A DNA stretch of 32,000 nt from assembly GCA_048882505.1 (NCBI GenBank), contig JBHLRO010000009.1, positions 1 to 32,000 of the forward strand, written 5' to 3'. The notes under the pieces are model-generated. The model was not told where the DNA came from and ran no database searches. It worked only from the letters and a program-made list of their open reading frames with translations. The first letter of the stretch is position 1, and every line of letters begins with the position of its first letter. Shown in pieces: positions 1-9,004 of this stretch. The translations under genes were made by a program, and so were the position numbers. The stretch is from Candidatus Thorarchaeota archaeon. GTDB lineage: Archaea; Asgardarchaeota; Heimdallarchaeia; Hodarchaeales; Hodarchaeaceae.

Positions 1-120
1 CAGAAGTAGATAAGAGATTAGAAGTTGTGGGGATTCATTCGGAGTTATTCACACCTTTTAATTTTAATATCAAGACAAAATAACAACCCTAATAACATTT
101 TATTATATAGATGACTTCTT

Positions 121-1350
121 ATGACAAATATTACGAATTTTAAAGATCTCGGGGTTATAGAGCCTATTCTTCGAGTTTGCGCAGAACAGAATTATACTAG
201 GCCTACCGAAATCCAGACAAAATCTATACCGCACGTTCTTGAAAACAAGGACGTTATTGGAGAAGCTGCTACGGGAAGTGGAAAGACTCTTGCCTTTGCG
301 TCAGGAATCATAAAGCGTGTAGTCCGTGGAAAAGGAGTTCAGGCTTTGGTTATTACACCAACAAGAGAACTTGCCTTACAAGTTACCGAAATGATTCAGC
401 TCCTTTCAAAATACAAACCATTGAGAATTCATACAATTTATGGTGGAGTCTCGATAAATCCACAAATCCGTGATTTGAGGAAGGCAGATGTCGTTATTGC
501 AACACCAGGTCGTCTTATAGATCACATTACCCGGAGAACTATTGATCTTGGAAACACAAGGATTTTAGTCCTTGATGAATGTGATAGACTTCTCGATATG
601 GGCTTTTTACCCGATGTCGAACGAATAATAAACACTCTTCCAAAGCATCGACAAACACTTCTATATTCTGCGACAGTACCGTTTGAAGTGAGCCGCCTCG
701 CATTGCAATATATGAAAGATCCGGTCGAAGTCGACGCTACTCCCTTTGTGGATCCAGAAAAATTAACGCAATACTATTTTGGCCCTGTAAACGATTCTCT
801 GAAGTTCTCATTGCTTGCACATCTATTAAAAGAAAGAAATGGGGATGGACTTACCCTCATCTTTAGTAACACACGAAGAAATGTGGATTTTTTGGTTCAC
901 AATCTGAATGAAGCGGGTATATCCGCAACGGCACTACACGGCGGATTTTCGCAAAGAACAAGGGAAAGCCGATTATCCAATTTTAAGAATCACCGAAGTA
1001 AAGTTTTAGTAGCGACCGATGTCGCTGCCAGAGGATTGGATATTCCTAAAGTAACGGACGTTTATAATTACGACCTCCCAGAGAATCGAAAACAGTATAT
1101 TCATCGAATCGGAAGAACCGCGCGAGCAGGCAAGACTGGAAAAGCGATTACACTAGTTTCCCAAAGAGACAATGAGAGATTTTTTCAGTTGTTCCAACAT
1201 AGTAGAAATGAGATTCAAAAGGGAAAGGTACCGAAGATTCAAAAAATACCTACAAATCGACTTAAAACAAAGAATAACCCTAGAGGGCGTCGTAATAACA
1301 TAAAAAGGCGTATTAATAACAAGAAACCGTTATCACGTTACTCTATTTAG
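121..1350 (+). CDS. DEAD-box ATP-dependent RNA helicase (DeaD/RhlE-like) with basic C-terminal tail
   Basis: Q motif (PTEIQ), motif I AATGSGKT, Ia PTRELALQ, II DECD, III SAT, V ARGLD, VI HRIGRTARAG; R/K/N-rich C-terminus. Confidence 0.95.
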   Translation: MTNITNFKDLGVIEPILRVCAEQNYTRPTEIQTKSIPHVLENKDVIGEAATGSGKTLAFASGIIKRVVRGKGVQALVITPTRELALQVTEMIQLLSKYKPLRIHTIYGGVSINPQIRDLRKADVVIATPGRLIDHITRRTIDLGNTRILVLDECDRLLDMGFLPDVERIINTLPKHRQTLLYSATVPFEVSRLALQYMKDPVEVDATPFVDPEKLTQYYFGPVNDSLKFSLLAHLLKERNGDGLTLIFSNTRRNVDFLVHNLNEAGISATALHGGFSQRTRESRLSNFKNHRSKVLVATDVAARGLDIPKVTDVYNYDLPENRKQYIHRIGRTARAGKTGKAITLVSQRDNERFFQLFQHSRNEIQKGKVPKIQKIPTNRLKTKNNPRGRRNNIKRRINNKKPLSRYSI

Positions 1351-1674
1351 TCGAATCATTATAACGCTGAATGTAAAAGTGAGCAGGTTCAACATTCTTT
1401 TCATTTAATCTTTTCCCTGGAGCCATCTTTCCCCTTTATTAGGGATTAAGGAAAGGGCATGCTTTTGGCCTTTAAACCCAGAATAACGGATTTCAAATGA
1501 TACTAATTCCCTGATATAACTATCTTGTAAGCCACAATTCTTTTGACAGGGCAGCCATAAGAGAAGGTGGAGGCCTCTTGGCCGTGATACCGATTGTAGA
1601 CAGCAGAAGCTAAGAATCACGGCAAGTGAGATGTATCTAAGAATACATGCAGTAGATTAGAATGGCGATCTGAT

Positions 1675-2868
1675 ATGAATAACGAAGTAATAGAAAATGC
1701 GATCGAACACTTCCGAGGAATTGTCACAGAGCAACTCGAACGTGTCGAACGCCTAAAAAACGAACCTGATTGGACAGATTATAGTACCCTTCACCCCATT
1801 ATCATCGGTGCATGTGGTGGTGATGGTATTGGACCTAAAATCACTGAGCATGCGGTTAATGTCCTAAATTTCCTACTGGAGAAAGAAATAGCGTCCGGTA
1901 ATGTCGAAATTAGGATGATAGAAGGACTGACCATCGAAAACCGGGTTAAAGTTATGAAAGCAATTCCAGATGATGTCTTAGCAGAACTGAAGAAGTGCCA
2001 TGTCATTTTAAAAGGACCAACAACCACCCCGTGGAAAGGATCTCCTTGGCCTAACATTGAATCAGCAAACGTAGCCATGCGTCGCGAACTGGATTTATTT
2101 GCGAATGTTAGACCAGTTAGAGTTCCAGAAAAAAACATTGATTGGATGTTCTACCGTGAAAATACTGAGGGGGCATACGTCCTTGGCTCCAAAGGTATAG
2201 AAGTTTCAGACGACCTAGCTATGGATTTCAAAGTTATTACAAACCAAGGTAGTGACAGAATAATTCGTGCCGCGTTTGAATATGCAAGGAAGAATAAGAT
2301 CAACAAAGTCACCGTGGTTACCAAGGCCAATGTCGTGAAAAAAACAGACGGCAAATTTCTAGCAATTGCGGAACAAGTAGCCAAAGATTATCCTGAAGTG
2401 GAATGGGATGATTGGTATATTGATATCATGACAGCGAAACTAATTGATCCAGCGCGACAAAGTTCTTTCCGGGTAATTACAGCACCCAACCTGTATGGTG
2501 ACATCGTAACTGATGAAGCCGCACAGATTCAAGGCGGCCTGGGAACTGCTGGAGCTGCCAACATTGGCAAAAGATATTCTATGTTCGAGGCAGTTCATGG
2601 CTCAGCTCTTAGAATGGTTGAAGAAGGTCGAATTGATTATGCGGATCCTACAAGTATTATCAAAGCGGCATCAATGCTTCTAAATCATATTGGTTTTACA
2701 GAAAAATCACAGAAATTAGACAAAGCGATCGAGATCTGTTCACAATTTGAGAGGAAATTGACGGTAACTGGACGAGAGAATGGAGCTACTGGTGAGGAAA
2801 TGGGGAAATACATCATCTCAACTCTCAAAGATCCTAACCTAGAAGAGAAATGGAACAGTTACCAATAA
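1675..2868 (+). CDS. Isocitrate/isopropylmalate dehydrogenase family beta-decarboxylating dehydrogenase; substrate not determinable
   Basis: GDGIGP, ILKGP, RENTEGAY, KANV, NLYGDIVTD, FEAVHGSA motifs. Confidence 0.92.
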   Translation: MNNEVIENAIEHFRGIVTEQLERVERLKNEPDWTDYSTLHPIIIGACGGDGIGPKITEHAVNVLNFLLEKEIASGNVEIRMIEGLTIENRVKVMKAIPDDVLAELKKCHVILKGPTTTPWKGSPWPNIESANVAMRRELDLFANVRPVRVPEKNIDWMFYRENTEGAYVLGSKGIEVSDDLAMDFKVITNQGSDRIIRAAFEYARKNKINKVTVVTKANVVKKTDGKFLAIAEQVAKDYPEVEWDDWYIDIMTAKLIDPARQSSFRVITAPNLYGDIVTDEAAQIQGGLGTAGAANIGKRYSMFEAVHGSALRMVEEGRIDYADPTSIIKAASMLLNHIGFTEKSQKLDKAIEICSQFERKLTVTGRENGATGEEMGKYIISTLKDPNLEEKWNSYQ

Positions 2869-2882
2869 TCACATTTTCTCTC

Positions 2883-2891
2883 TTTTTTTTT
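2883..2891 (+). terminator. Oligo-T archaeal-type terminator candidate
   Basis: T9 run 15 nt after the dehydrogenase stop, in a convergent intergenic region. Confidence 0.5.
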
Positions 2892-2994
2892 GCTAAAAGG
2901 ATTTCACGGATTATTTTGAGGTGGGCCAAGAAATGAGAGTCTGGAGATTAAGTACAACCTCCCGATAATAAAAGTCAGTCCTTATTGAATTTCT

Positions 2995-4026
2995 TTAGTG
3001 AGGAACTTCATCCAGGGTAAAAATACAGTTGCCACGTCCTCCCTGGTCACACAAGGGATCCTCGGACATTTGGAATTGCTTGCCCAATACCTCGGACGCA
3101 TATCCGCTCCAGATATAACCTAGGAATCTACAGAACTCAGGAGTTGTTTGGTGTTTCCCATAAAACATAAGCTCATCGATCTCTTCTGGCGGAAGTAACC
3201 CTATTCCCTTCAAAATCTGGTGATTTTTAAGGCTGGGGAATTCATAGCGTATTAATCTTGCGATTTCGCATCCAAGAGCATGGGCGTATTTAAACTGCTC
3301 TTCTTTGCTGCTGCCCTCTAACTTTAGATATAAAACCTCCACCAGTTTAAGTGGATAGGCCCTGATATCTTGTCTGTTCAGCAACTCAGGACTAAATTCT
3401 TCGATCACACCTCGAGTCGCCTCGACCATATATCGGGTTACATCTTGAATGCGAACTCCAGTTCCCAGTATCGGGGAAAGTAGATCTCCAGCTGAAAGCA
3501 AAACATCAGATTCTTCCTCGGGTTGATCGGATTCGTCACGGGTTTTATGGATTGTTTCAGCGAAAACATCCTCTGATGCTCGAAACTGAATTTCGTAGCT
3601 GAAACGGGGTGGAATCATACCCTCTTCTATGAAATCGGCCCGAACCTTGGTTTTAAGGAAAGAATACCCAATCCCTTTGATTATACTAAGCAGTAGCAGC
3701 TTCATTAATTCCATTTCTTGATCATTTGTCGGTTTCCACAGACGTCCTTTTCCAAGGAGAACTCTCCCAATCCTTACGTCCTCAACCCATTCAACTTCGC
3801 ATGGAGAAAAGCCCAAGGACCCTAAAAAAAGTTTGGCCTGCGAAAGAGGGTTGTCAGTGGATGCAAGAGCAAATGAAGATTTAACTAAATCGAGTATAGT
3901 TGTTTCTAAGAGTTGTCGGGTCTCAGGTGTGTTCGATTGATTTAATAGAGCTTGTGCTAGTTTCATTATAGCAAGTGTGAGAAACCGTTTTACTCGTACG
4001 CCGGCGATGGCTTCAGAATGGCTCAT
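2995..4026 (-). CDS. V4R-domain protein, probably with a second degenerate V4R/Bet3-like domain in the N-terminal half
   Basis: C-terminal FCRFLGYIWSGYASEVLG...EDPLCDQGGRGNCIFTL fits the V4R Cys pattern; N-half LGSLGF...LLSIIKGIGYSFL...IQF parallels it without the Cys residues; acidic linker between halves. Confidence 0.7.
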   Translation of the reverse strand: MSHSEAIAGVRVKRFLTLAIMKLAQALLNQSNTPETRQLLETTILDLVKSSFALASTDNPLSQAKLFLGSLGFSPCEVEWVEDVRIGRVLLGKGRLWKPTNDQEMELMKLLLLSIIKGIGYSFLKTKVRADFIEEGMIPPRFSYEIQFRASEDVFAETIHKTRDESDQPEEESDVLLSAGDLLSPILGTGVRIQDVTRYMVEATRGVIEEFSPELLNRQDIRAYPLKLVEVLYLKLEGSSKEEQFKYAHALGCEIARLIRYEFPSLKNHQILKGIGLLPPEEIDELMFYGKHQTTPEFCRFLGYIWSGYASEVLGKQFQMSEDPLCDQGGRGNCIFTLDEVPH

Positions 4027-4227
4027 CTCGGTTCACACATTAATGATGGGTAGTTGCAGGAAAGAATGAGTTTATCAGAATAAATCGGAAGGAATATATC
4101 AGAATCCAGTTTGTGACTTTACTAAGATCAAAGGGTTGTGATTTTTAAAGCCTTTTGATTGAAAACATAACAGACAAAGGTTTTATCGTGCTTTTCTTAT
4201 AGCTAGCATAAGAAGGCGATTGAATAT

Positions 4228-4602
4228 ATGAGTCGGGTTGTCCGGTTAGTACGATTTTTCAAAAAACTTTTTATCCCTGTACTCGACCATGATGCCGCCC
4301 AAGAGGCCGAAAGAAGGAAATCAATTGCTCAATCGATTTCAGATGATCAAATCCACCTATCGACCGTCAGAAACGCCTTGCAGGTGCCTGAGGCCTCGAT
4401 AGCAGATAAATTAACTTTTGCTCTTTCTTCAATGCCTGAAGCAACAACAGATTTCCCTTATGCAAAAGGATTGTTCCTAGATATACTAGAGTATCTTGAG
4501 GCGAACCGGGAAGTATCGTCCGAGGAAGCCAATACCTTAAGGACAACTATCGAAGACATATCCAGCGTTCAGGAACTGATGCTGATGAGTGCTGCGTCGT
4601 AA
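4228..4602 (+). CDS. Hypothetical all-helical protein with basic amphipathic N-terminus
   Basis: 124-aa ATG ORF occupying the gap between V4R and GTPase genes; no recognised motif. Confidence 0.65.
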   Translation: MSRVVRLVRFFKKLFIPVLDHDAAQEAERRKSIAQSISDDQIHLSTVRNALQVPEASIADKLTFALSSMPEATTDFPYAKGLFLDILEYLEANREVSSEEANTLRTTIEDISSVQELMLMSAAS

Positions 4603-4713
4603 CTGAACCTACTTCTTTTCTTTTGGCATTGGAGAAACATATTCTGGAAGATCTGATCGTAATCATTAGGGCCCAACTAATTCGCGCCGAAGAGAAAAGG
4701 TTTTTTGGCTGAT

Positions 4714-5289
4714 TCAGAGATCCTGTTCTGTTTCAACTGGTTCCAGGTTGTCTCTGTGGACATTAACTAATAATTCCGCAAGTTCCGCGAACGTCTCCTC
4801 CACTCTGTGGCCCGTTTTGGCGCTGGTTTCAAAAAAGTTTTCAGCGCCCAGTTCATCTATTCCTGCTCTCCTTCCTTCTTCTGGCGTAATAACCCGCTCT
4901 TCCTCTAGATCATCTTTATTACCAACAAGATATAACCTAGCCTCAGGTGAATACTTTCTTAATTGTTCTACCCATAAAGGCAGTTTTTCAAGCGTATCTT
5001 TCCTAGTTAGATCATATACGAGTAATGCTCCTGATACTCCCTGGAAAAACACTCGACCAACTTGAGTGGATCGTGCATGACCTCCAATATCCCATATCTG
5101 TAACCCAACACGGAATATTTCCCCATCTCTTTCCAAACGAACCGTCTTAACTAAGAAATTTGCCCCGATGGTTGCCATATAATCCCCAGGGAAACGTCCC
5201 TCGACGTAGCGCAGGACTAAAGATGATTTCCCCACTCTAAATTCTCCAACCAGCAGGATTTTCGCCAGATAGTTATATTGAAGGCCCAT
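4714..5289 (-). CDS. Rab-like small GTPase (Ras superfamily), atypical G1/G3
   Basis: G1 GEFRVGKSS, G2 ATIG, G3 WDIGGH, G4 NKDD, G5 SAK; no C-terminal Cys prenylation motif. Confidence 0.93.
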   Translation of the reverse strand: MGLQYNYLAKILLVGEFRVGKSSLVLRYVEGRFPGDYMATIGANFLVKTVRLERDGEIFRVGLQIWDIGGHARSTQVGRVFFQGVSGALLVYDLTRKDTLEKLPLWVEQLRKYSPEARLYLVGNKDDLEEERVITPEEGRRAGIDELGAENFFETSAKTGHRVEETFAELAELLVNVHRDNLEPVETEQDL

Positions 5290-5513
5290 TTCTTTCTACA
5301 ACGATGGATTCATTGGAAATTTCTCTTAACCGGTTACAATTCAAATCTTGAACATAGATAAAAAAAGCTTGCTCCGTAACCTGAAATTCGGTATACACCG
5401 AATTCGCACCCAATTTTTTGTTTATCTTTATCTATGACCAAACAACTGCCAACAATGCGAAAATGATGCGACCAAAAATAAAAACGCTTTCAGAAATTCA
5501 AGAAGAAGATAGT

Positions 5514-5771
5514 ATGAAAACATTTTTCCGTACACTATTGGAGATCCGTCAACTTCTTCGCCGTCCCAAGGGAAATTCCATAACCTTCAGTGTCTGTCCT
5601 GTGTGTTTTTCAGATGTTAAACGTCTGCCGACTTTTCTAAGCTTTATAGTGCCACCCGTCTATTACTGCGAATCCTGTGGGTATAAAGGCCCTATATTTG
5701 CTGAAATATCATTAGATCCAGAAAGTACAGATTTGGTTGACCCAAATCATAAACAAACAGAGGAGACATAG
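5514..5771 (+). CDS. Small zinc-ribbon protein (CPVC...CESCGY); start uncertain (TTG 5418, ATG 5463 or ATG 5514)
   Basis: Two CxxC pairs with GYKGP tail; ends 6 nt before the M20 gene, so likely co-transcribed. Confidence 0.7.
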   Translation: MKTFFRTLLEIRQLLRRPKGNSITFSVCPVCFSDVKRLPTFLSFIVPPVYYCESCGYKGPIFAEISLDPESTDLVDPNHKQTEET

Positions 5772-5777
5772 ATAAAC

Positions 5778-6926
5778 GTGTCAGATACAATAAGAATCTT
5801 GAAAGAATTAGTTAAGCGGAACACCGAAAATCCCCCAGGAAAAACCAGACATATAGTGGAATGGATTCACGAATGGGCAATCAAAGAAGGAATTACTTCC
5901 GAATGTGACTTTTATGATAAGGAAAAGGCTAATATTATTCTCTCTGTTGGAGATGCATCTCATTCTCTTGTCCTTACAGGTCATCTAGATACCGTACCGA
6001 TTGGAGAAAGATCAAACTGGACCAAGGATCCCACAGGTGCTCAGGAATTAGATGGATATATATATGGAAGGGGCTCAGCTGACATGAAGGCCGGAGTTGC
6101 CGCTTGCCTAAGCGCCGTAAGGGAATTCCATCAATTATCTGAAAATAAGGATTTAAGTTATATGGTCACGTTTTTGGGGACATCTGATGAGGAGATTGGT
6201 CTTGGAGGAGCAAAACATGCCCTAAAACGTGGAATTATGAATAATGCCGATTTTCTTCTGGTGGCTGAACCAACTGGACTTAATGTGGGAATAGCCGAAA
6301 AAGCCGTTTTATGGATGACAATTCAAGCTAGAGGAAGATCTGCACACGGATCGACTCCAGAAAAAGGAGTCAATGCCATTGAAGCCATAACCGATCTCTT
6401 TCCTATGCTACGATCTGCCCTTCCAAAACTTCGCGATCCCATTTTAGGCCAAAGCACATTAAACATTGGAGTCATCCAAGGGGGTAAGAGTGCTAACGTG
6501 GTTCCAGAGTATGCTGAATTACAATGCGATTACAGGCTGGTTCCGCCGATAAATCCCCGGGATTTTGCAAAAAAAATCGCAGATCACCTGAAAATTGAGA
6601 TGCAAAGTTCTTCAGCAGAGTTTGCACATTGTGTGCAACAGATAATGGCACCTCTGTCCATCTCCCCCGATAATGAATTTGTGAAAGAATTCATAAAAAT
6701 AAACAAAAGTTCAGGTCGAACCTCTATAATCGGTCTCAATTACGGGACTGATGCCGCCGTTTTAGTGGGAGAAGCAGAAAACCCAGTTCCGTTTGTAATC
6801 TATGGACCTGGAGATCCTCAGGCAATTCACATTGCTGATGAACGTGTTGCAATTGCGGAGGTGCTTGAAGCGGAACGTATTATCTTGCAATTTCTAAAGA
6901 AGACCGCACTCTCATCTCCAGCCTAG
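5778..6926 (+). CDS. M20 family metallo-hydrolase (ArgE/DapE-like deacylase), GTG start
   Basis: GHLDTVP, GRGSADMK, DEEIG, AEPT, GRSAHGS, GTDA, HIADE metal-binding motifs. Confidence 0.93.
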   Translation: MSDTIRILKELVKRNTENPPGKTRHIVEWIHEWAIKEGITSECDFYDKEKANIILSVGDASHSLVLTGHLDTVPIGERSNWTKDPTGAQELDGYIYGRGSADMKAGVAACLSAVREFHQLSENKDLSYMVTFLGTSDEEIGLGGAKHALKRGIMNNADFLLVAEPTGLNVGIAEKAVLWMTIQARGRSAHGSTPEKGVNAIEAITDLFPMLRSALPKLRDPILGQSTLNIGVIQGGKSANVVPEYAELQCDYRLVPPINPRDFAKKIADHLKIEMQSSSAEFAHCVQQIMAPLSISPDNEFVKEFIKINKSSGRTSIIGLNYGTDAAVLVGEAENPVPFVIYGPGDPQAIHIADERVAIAEVLEAERIILQFLKKTALSSPA

Positions 6927-7111
6927 AAAAGCAAGGATAAACTACTCGTCCTAATTGCATACTTGCTCTGGGCCCCCAATCCAAAAATCTAGAAGCGACT
7001 TCGTCCGCATCAGGGGTTGTTAGTTCCATTGTTTATCACTTAAGCGGATTTCGAAATCTCGATCTCGGAAGAGAAGATCCTTCTTTTTTAATATCCTGCA
7101 ATAGGACGGGA

Positions 7112-7690
7112 TCACTTTTCCCTGATATTCAAAACGCCGCCCAATACTAAAATAATATTGCCAAGAGGAATCATCAAAAAGTTAGAGTCCACGAATCCGC
7201 CAAACCATGGATGATTGATTGCGTTCTGCCATCCCAAAAAGACAGCAAGGAGAGAAATCAAGCCAACAGCGATAAAGACTATTCCAGAAAGTTGAGTAGA
7301 TTTCATTCCCAGTAAAATTCCCACTAAAACAAAGATTCCCGCAAAAACAAATAGGATTCCACTGATATCGAGAGTTGATTTGCCATAATTACCACCATAC
7401 AGAAATGTTGCAAACGCTTGAATATAGAAATCCGCATCTGTAAGGAAATTCACAGTGGTCGCTATCTCACTGGGATTAAACCACCAATTCGGATTCAAGA
7501 TGTCGAATCCCAGGTCAGTTTCGGTTCCAAATAGGAAAGGAAACTCGTAGTATCCGAATGTGTAAATGAAGGATAGAAATATCCAGATCGTTACTCCGCT
7601 ACTAGTCCCAGTGTATATAAAAAAGCATTGAGGGAGCAGAAATCCAATAATCCCTAGAAGAGTTCCTTTAGTAATTTTTCGATTCGTCAT
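7112..7690 (-). CDS. Hypothetical integral membrane protein (about 4-5 TM)
   Basis: Several Gly-rich hydrophobic helices (LLGIIGFLL; ISGILFVFAGIFVLVGILLG; LSGIVFIAVGLISLLAVFLG; IPLGNIILVLGGVL). Confidence 0.75.
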   Translation of the reverse strand: MTNRKITKGTLLGIIGFLLPQCFFIYTGTSSGVTIWIFLSFIYTFGYYEFPFLFGTETDLGFDILNPNWWFNPSEIATTVNFLTDADFYIQAFATFLYGGNYGKSTLDISGILFVFAGIFVLVGILLGMKSTQLSGIVFIAVGLISLLAVFLGWQNAINHPWFGGFVDSNFLMIPLGNIILVLGGVLNIREK

Positions 7691-7722
7691 GGGCTATCTC
7701 ACAAAACATTCCCGAGAAAATA

Positions 7723-8193
7723 TTAATGCTTATTCCTTTTATTAATAAAACCATATTTAAAAGTGCTTATAAAATCATAATCAGTCTGTTTACGTAGTGC
7801 CAAAGGATTCACGGCACGTATTTGCTTAATGGCCGAACCAGGAGGTAGTCCATCGAGAATTATTAGAAGAGCCGCGAGTATTGTGCCTGGACGATCCAAT
7901 CCCATCGCTGAATGAAAAAGTATGGGTGCTCTGGATCGTGTTTTTTCACAATCGTAGACAAACTTTACGATCTGCTCCAATTCTGCATTTGTTGGTGGAA
8001 TACCAGAAATCAGGGGAACATATAACCAGGAGGCCCCCAGTACTTCGGCCAATGCCCTAGAATGGGTATCTTGTTCTAAACAAACTATCCCAGCTAGGTT
8101 GGTTCCCAATAGAAATCCAAGATCAGATATATCTAGCCTACTAGCGCCTCCCAACCGTGCACGATTACTTCTTTTAATCCAGTAAACAAGCAT
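7723..8193 (-). CDS. Dual-specificity/PTP-fold protein, predicted catalytically dead (pseudophosphatase)
   Basis: P-loop HSAMGLDRPGT (CX5R with C->S); downstream AIKQIRAVNP helix and N-terminal W...RLGGASR resemble small DUSP23-like phosphatases. Confidence 0.8.
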   Translation of the reverse strand: MLVYWIKRSNRARLGGASRLDISDLGFLLGTNLAGIVCLEQDTHSRALAEVLGASWLYVPLISGIPPTNAELEQIVKFVYDCEKTRSRAPILFHSAMGLDRPGTILAALLIILDGLPPGSAIKQIRAVNPLALRKQTDYDFISTFKYGFINKRNKH

Positions 8194-8230
8194 CCTGGCA
8201 TCCTACTTCCTTCTTTCGGGTACAAAGGGA

Positions 8231-8899
8231 CTACAAGAGTATCTCCGAATGGATAAAGGTGATTCTGTTATTGATCATATCTCGGAGGGCATTATCCACG
8301 CTATCCTCTGGTGATGCAACAGGTTTGGTAAGATCTAATAGGAAAACAACATCGAAATCATACCTCTTGGCATCAATCGCAGAGAAATAAACACAGTAAT
8401 CTAGAGCCAAACCACACAGAAAAACCCTACTTACCTTAAGGCCCTTTAGAAACGCGTGCAAGCCTGTTTGTGTTGTCCTATCATTTTCAACGAAGGTCGA
8501 ATATGAATCAATTGCCGCACGATATCCTTTCCGAATGATAAGATTGGCCATGGTCGTGTTTAGTTCGGAGGAAAACTCGGCACCTTTCGTACCTTGGACA
8601 CAATGGTCAGGCCATAAAACTGGCCCAATGCCTGGTGTCTCGTACAGATCAAAGGGCTTTTTTCCTTCGTGCGAGCTCGCAAAGGACTGATGACCAGGTG
8701 GATGCCAATCCTGAGTAAGTATGATTAGATTCTTCGAGAAAAGGGCACCGATTCTATTAATACCTCGAATGATAGTGTCTCCATCCTTCACAGCGAGTGC
8801 CCCACCTGGTAGAAAATCATTTTGCATATCTACTACAATTAACGCGTCTTTCTCCTTCACCTCAATATCAGCAGCCAGTTCAACTTGGGAAATTTCCAT
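8231..8899 (-). CDS. pncA: Nicotinamidase/pyrazinamidase; true start probably ATG 8899 rather than the track's 8986
   Basis: VDMQNDF, QDWHP..H, WPDHCVQGT.GAE, IIRKG, GLALDYCV (Asp-Lys-Cys triad). Confidence 0.95.
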   Translation of the reverse strand: MEISQVELAADIEVKEKDALIVVDMQNDFLPGGALAVKDGDTIIRGINRIGALFSKNLIILTQDWHPPGHQSFASSHEGKKPFDLYETPGIGPVLWPDHCVQGTKGAEFSSELNTTMANLIIRKGYRAAIDSYSTFVENDRTTQTGLHAFLKGLKVSRVFLCGLALDYCVYFSAIDAKRYDFDVVFLLDLTKPVASPEDSVDNALRDMINNRITFIHSEILL

Positions 8900-9004
8900 G
8901 GAACACACCCTAATACCAATGACCAAATATATCCAAAATGTTTTTGAAAACTTTCCTTTCTCTAAAGCGACACCTAAACGGAACATCCTGGAGAAAAACC
9001 AATA

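Noticed and set aside
1405-1620. 71-aa minus-strand ORF between the helicase and dehydrogenase genes
   Set aside because: No recognisable features; overlaps the probable promoter/leader of the dehydrogenase.
1791-2384. Antisense and alternative-frame ORFs of 60-165 aa overlapping real genes throughout the window (e.g. 1791-2138, 4748-5065, 9808-10305, 13823-14176, 23599-23955, 28436-28822)
   Set aside because: Shadow ORFs of well-supported genes with no motifs of their own.
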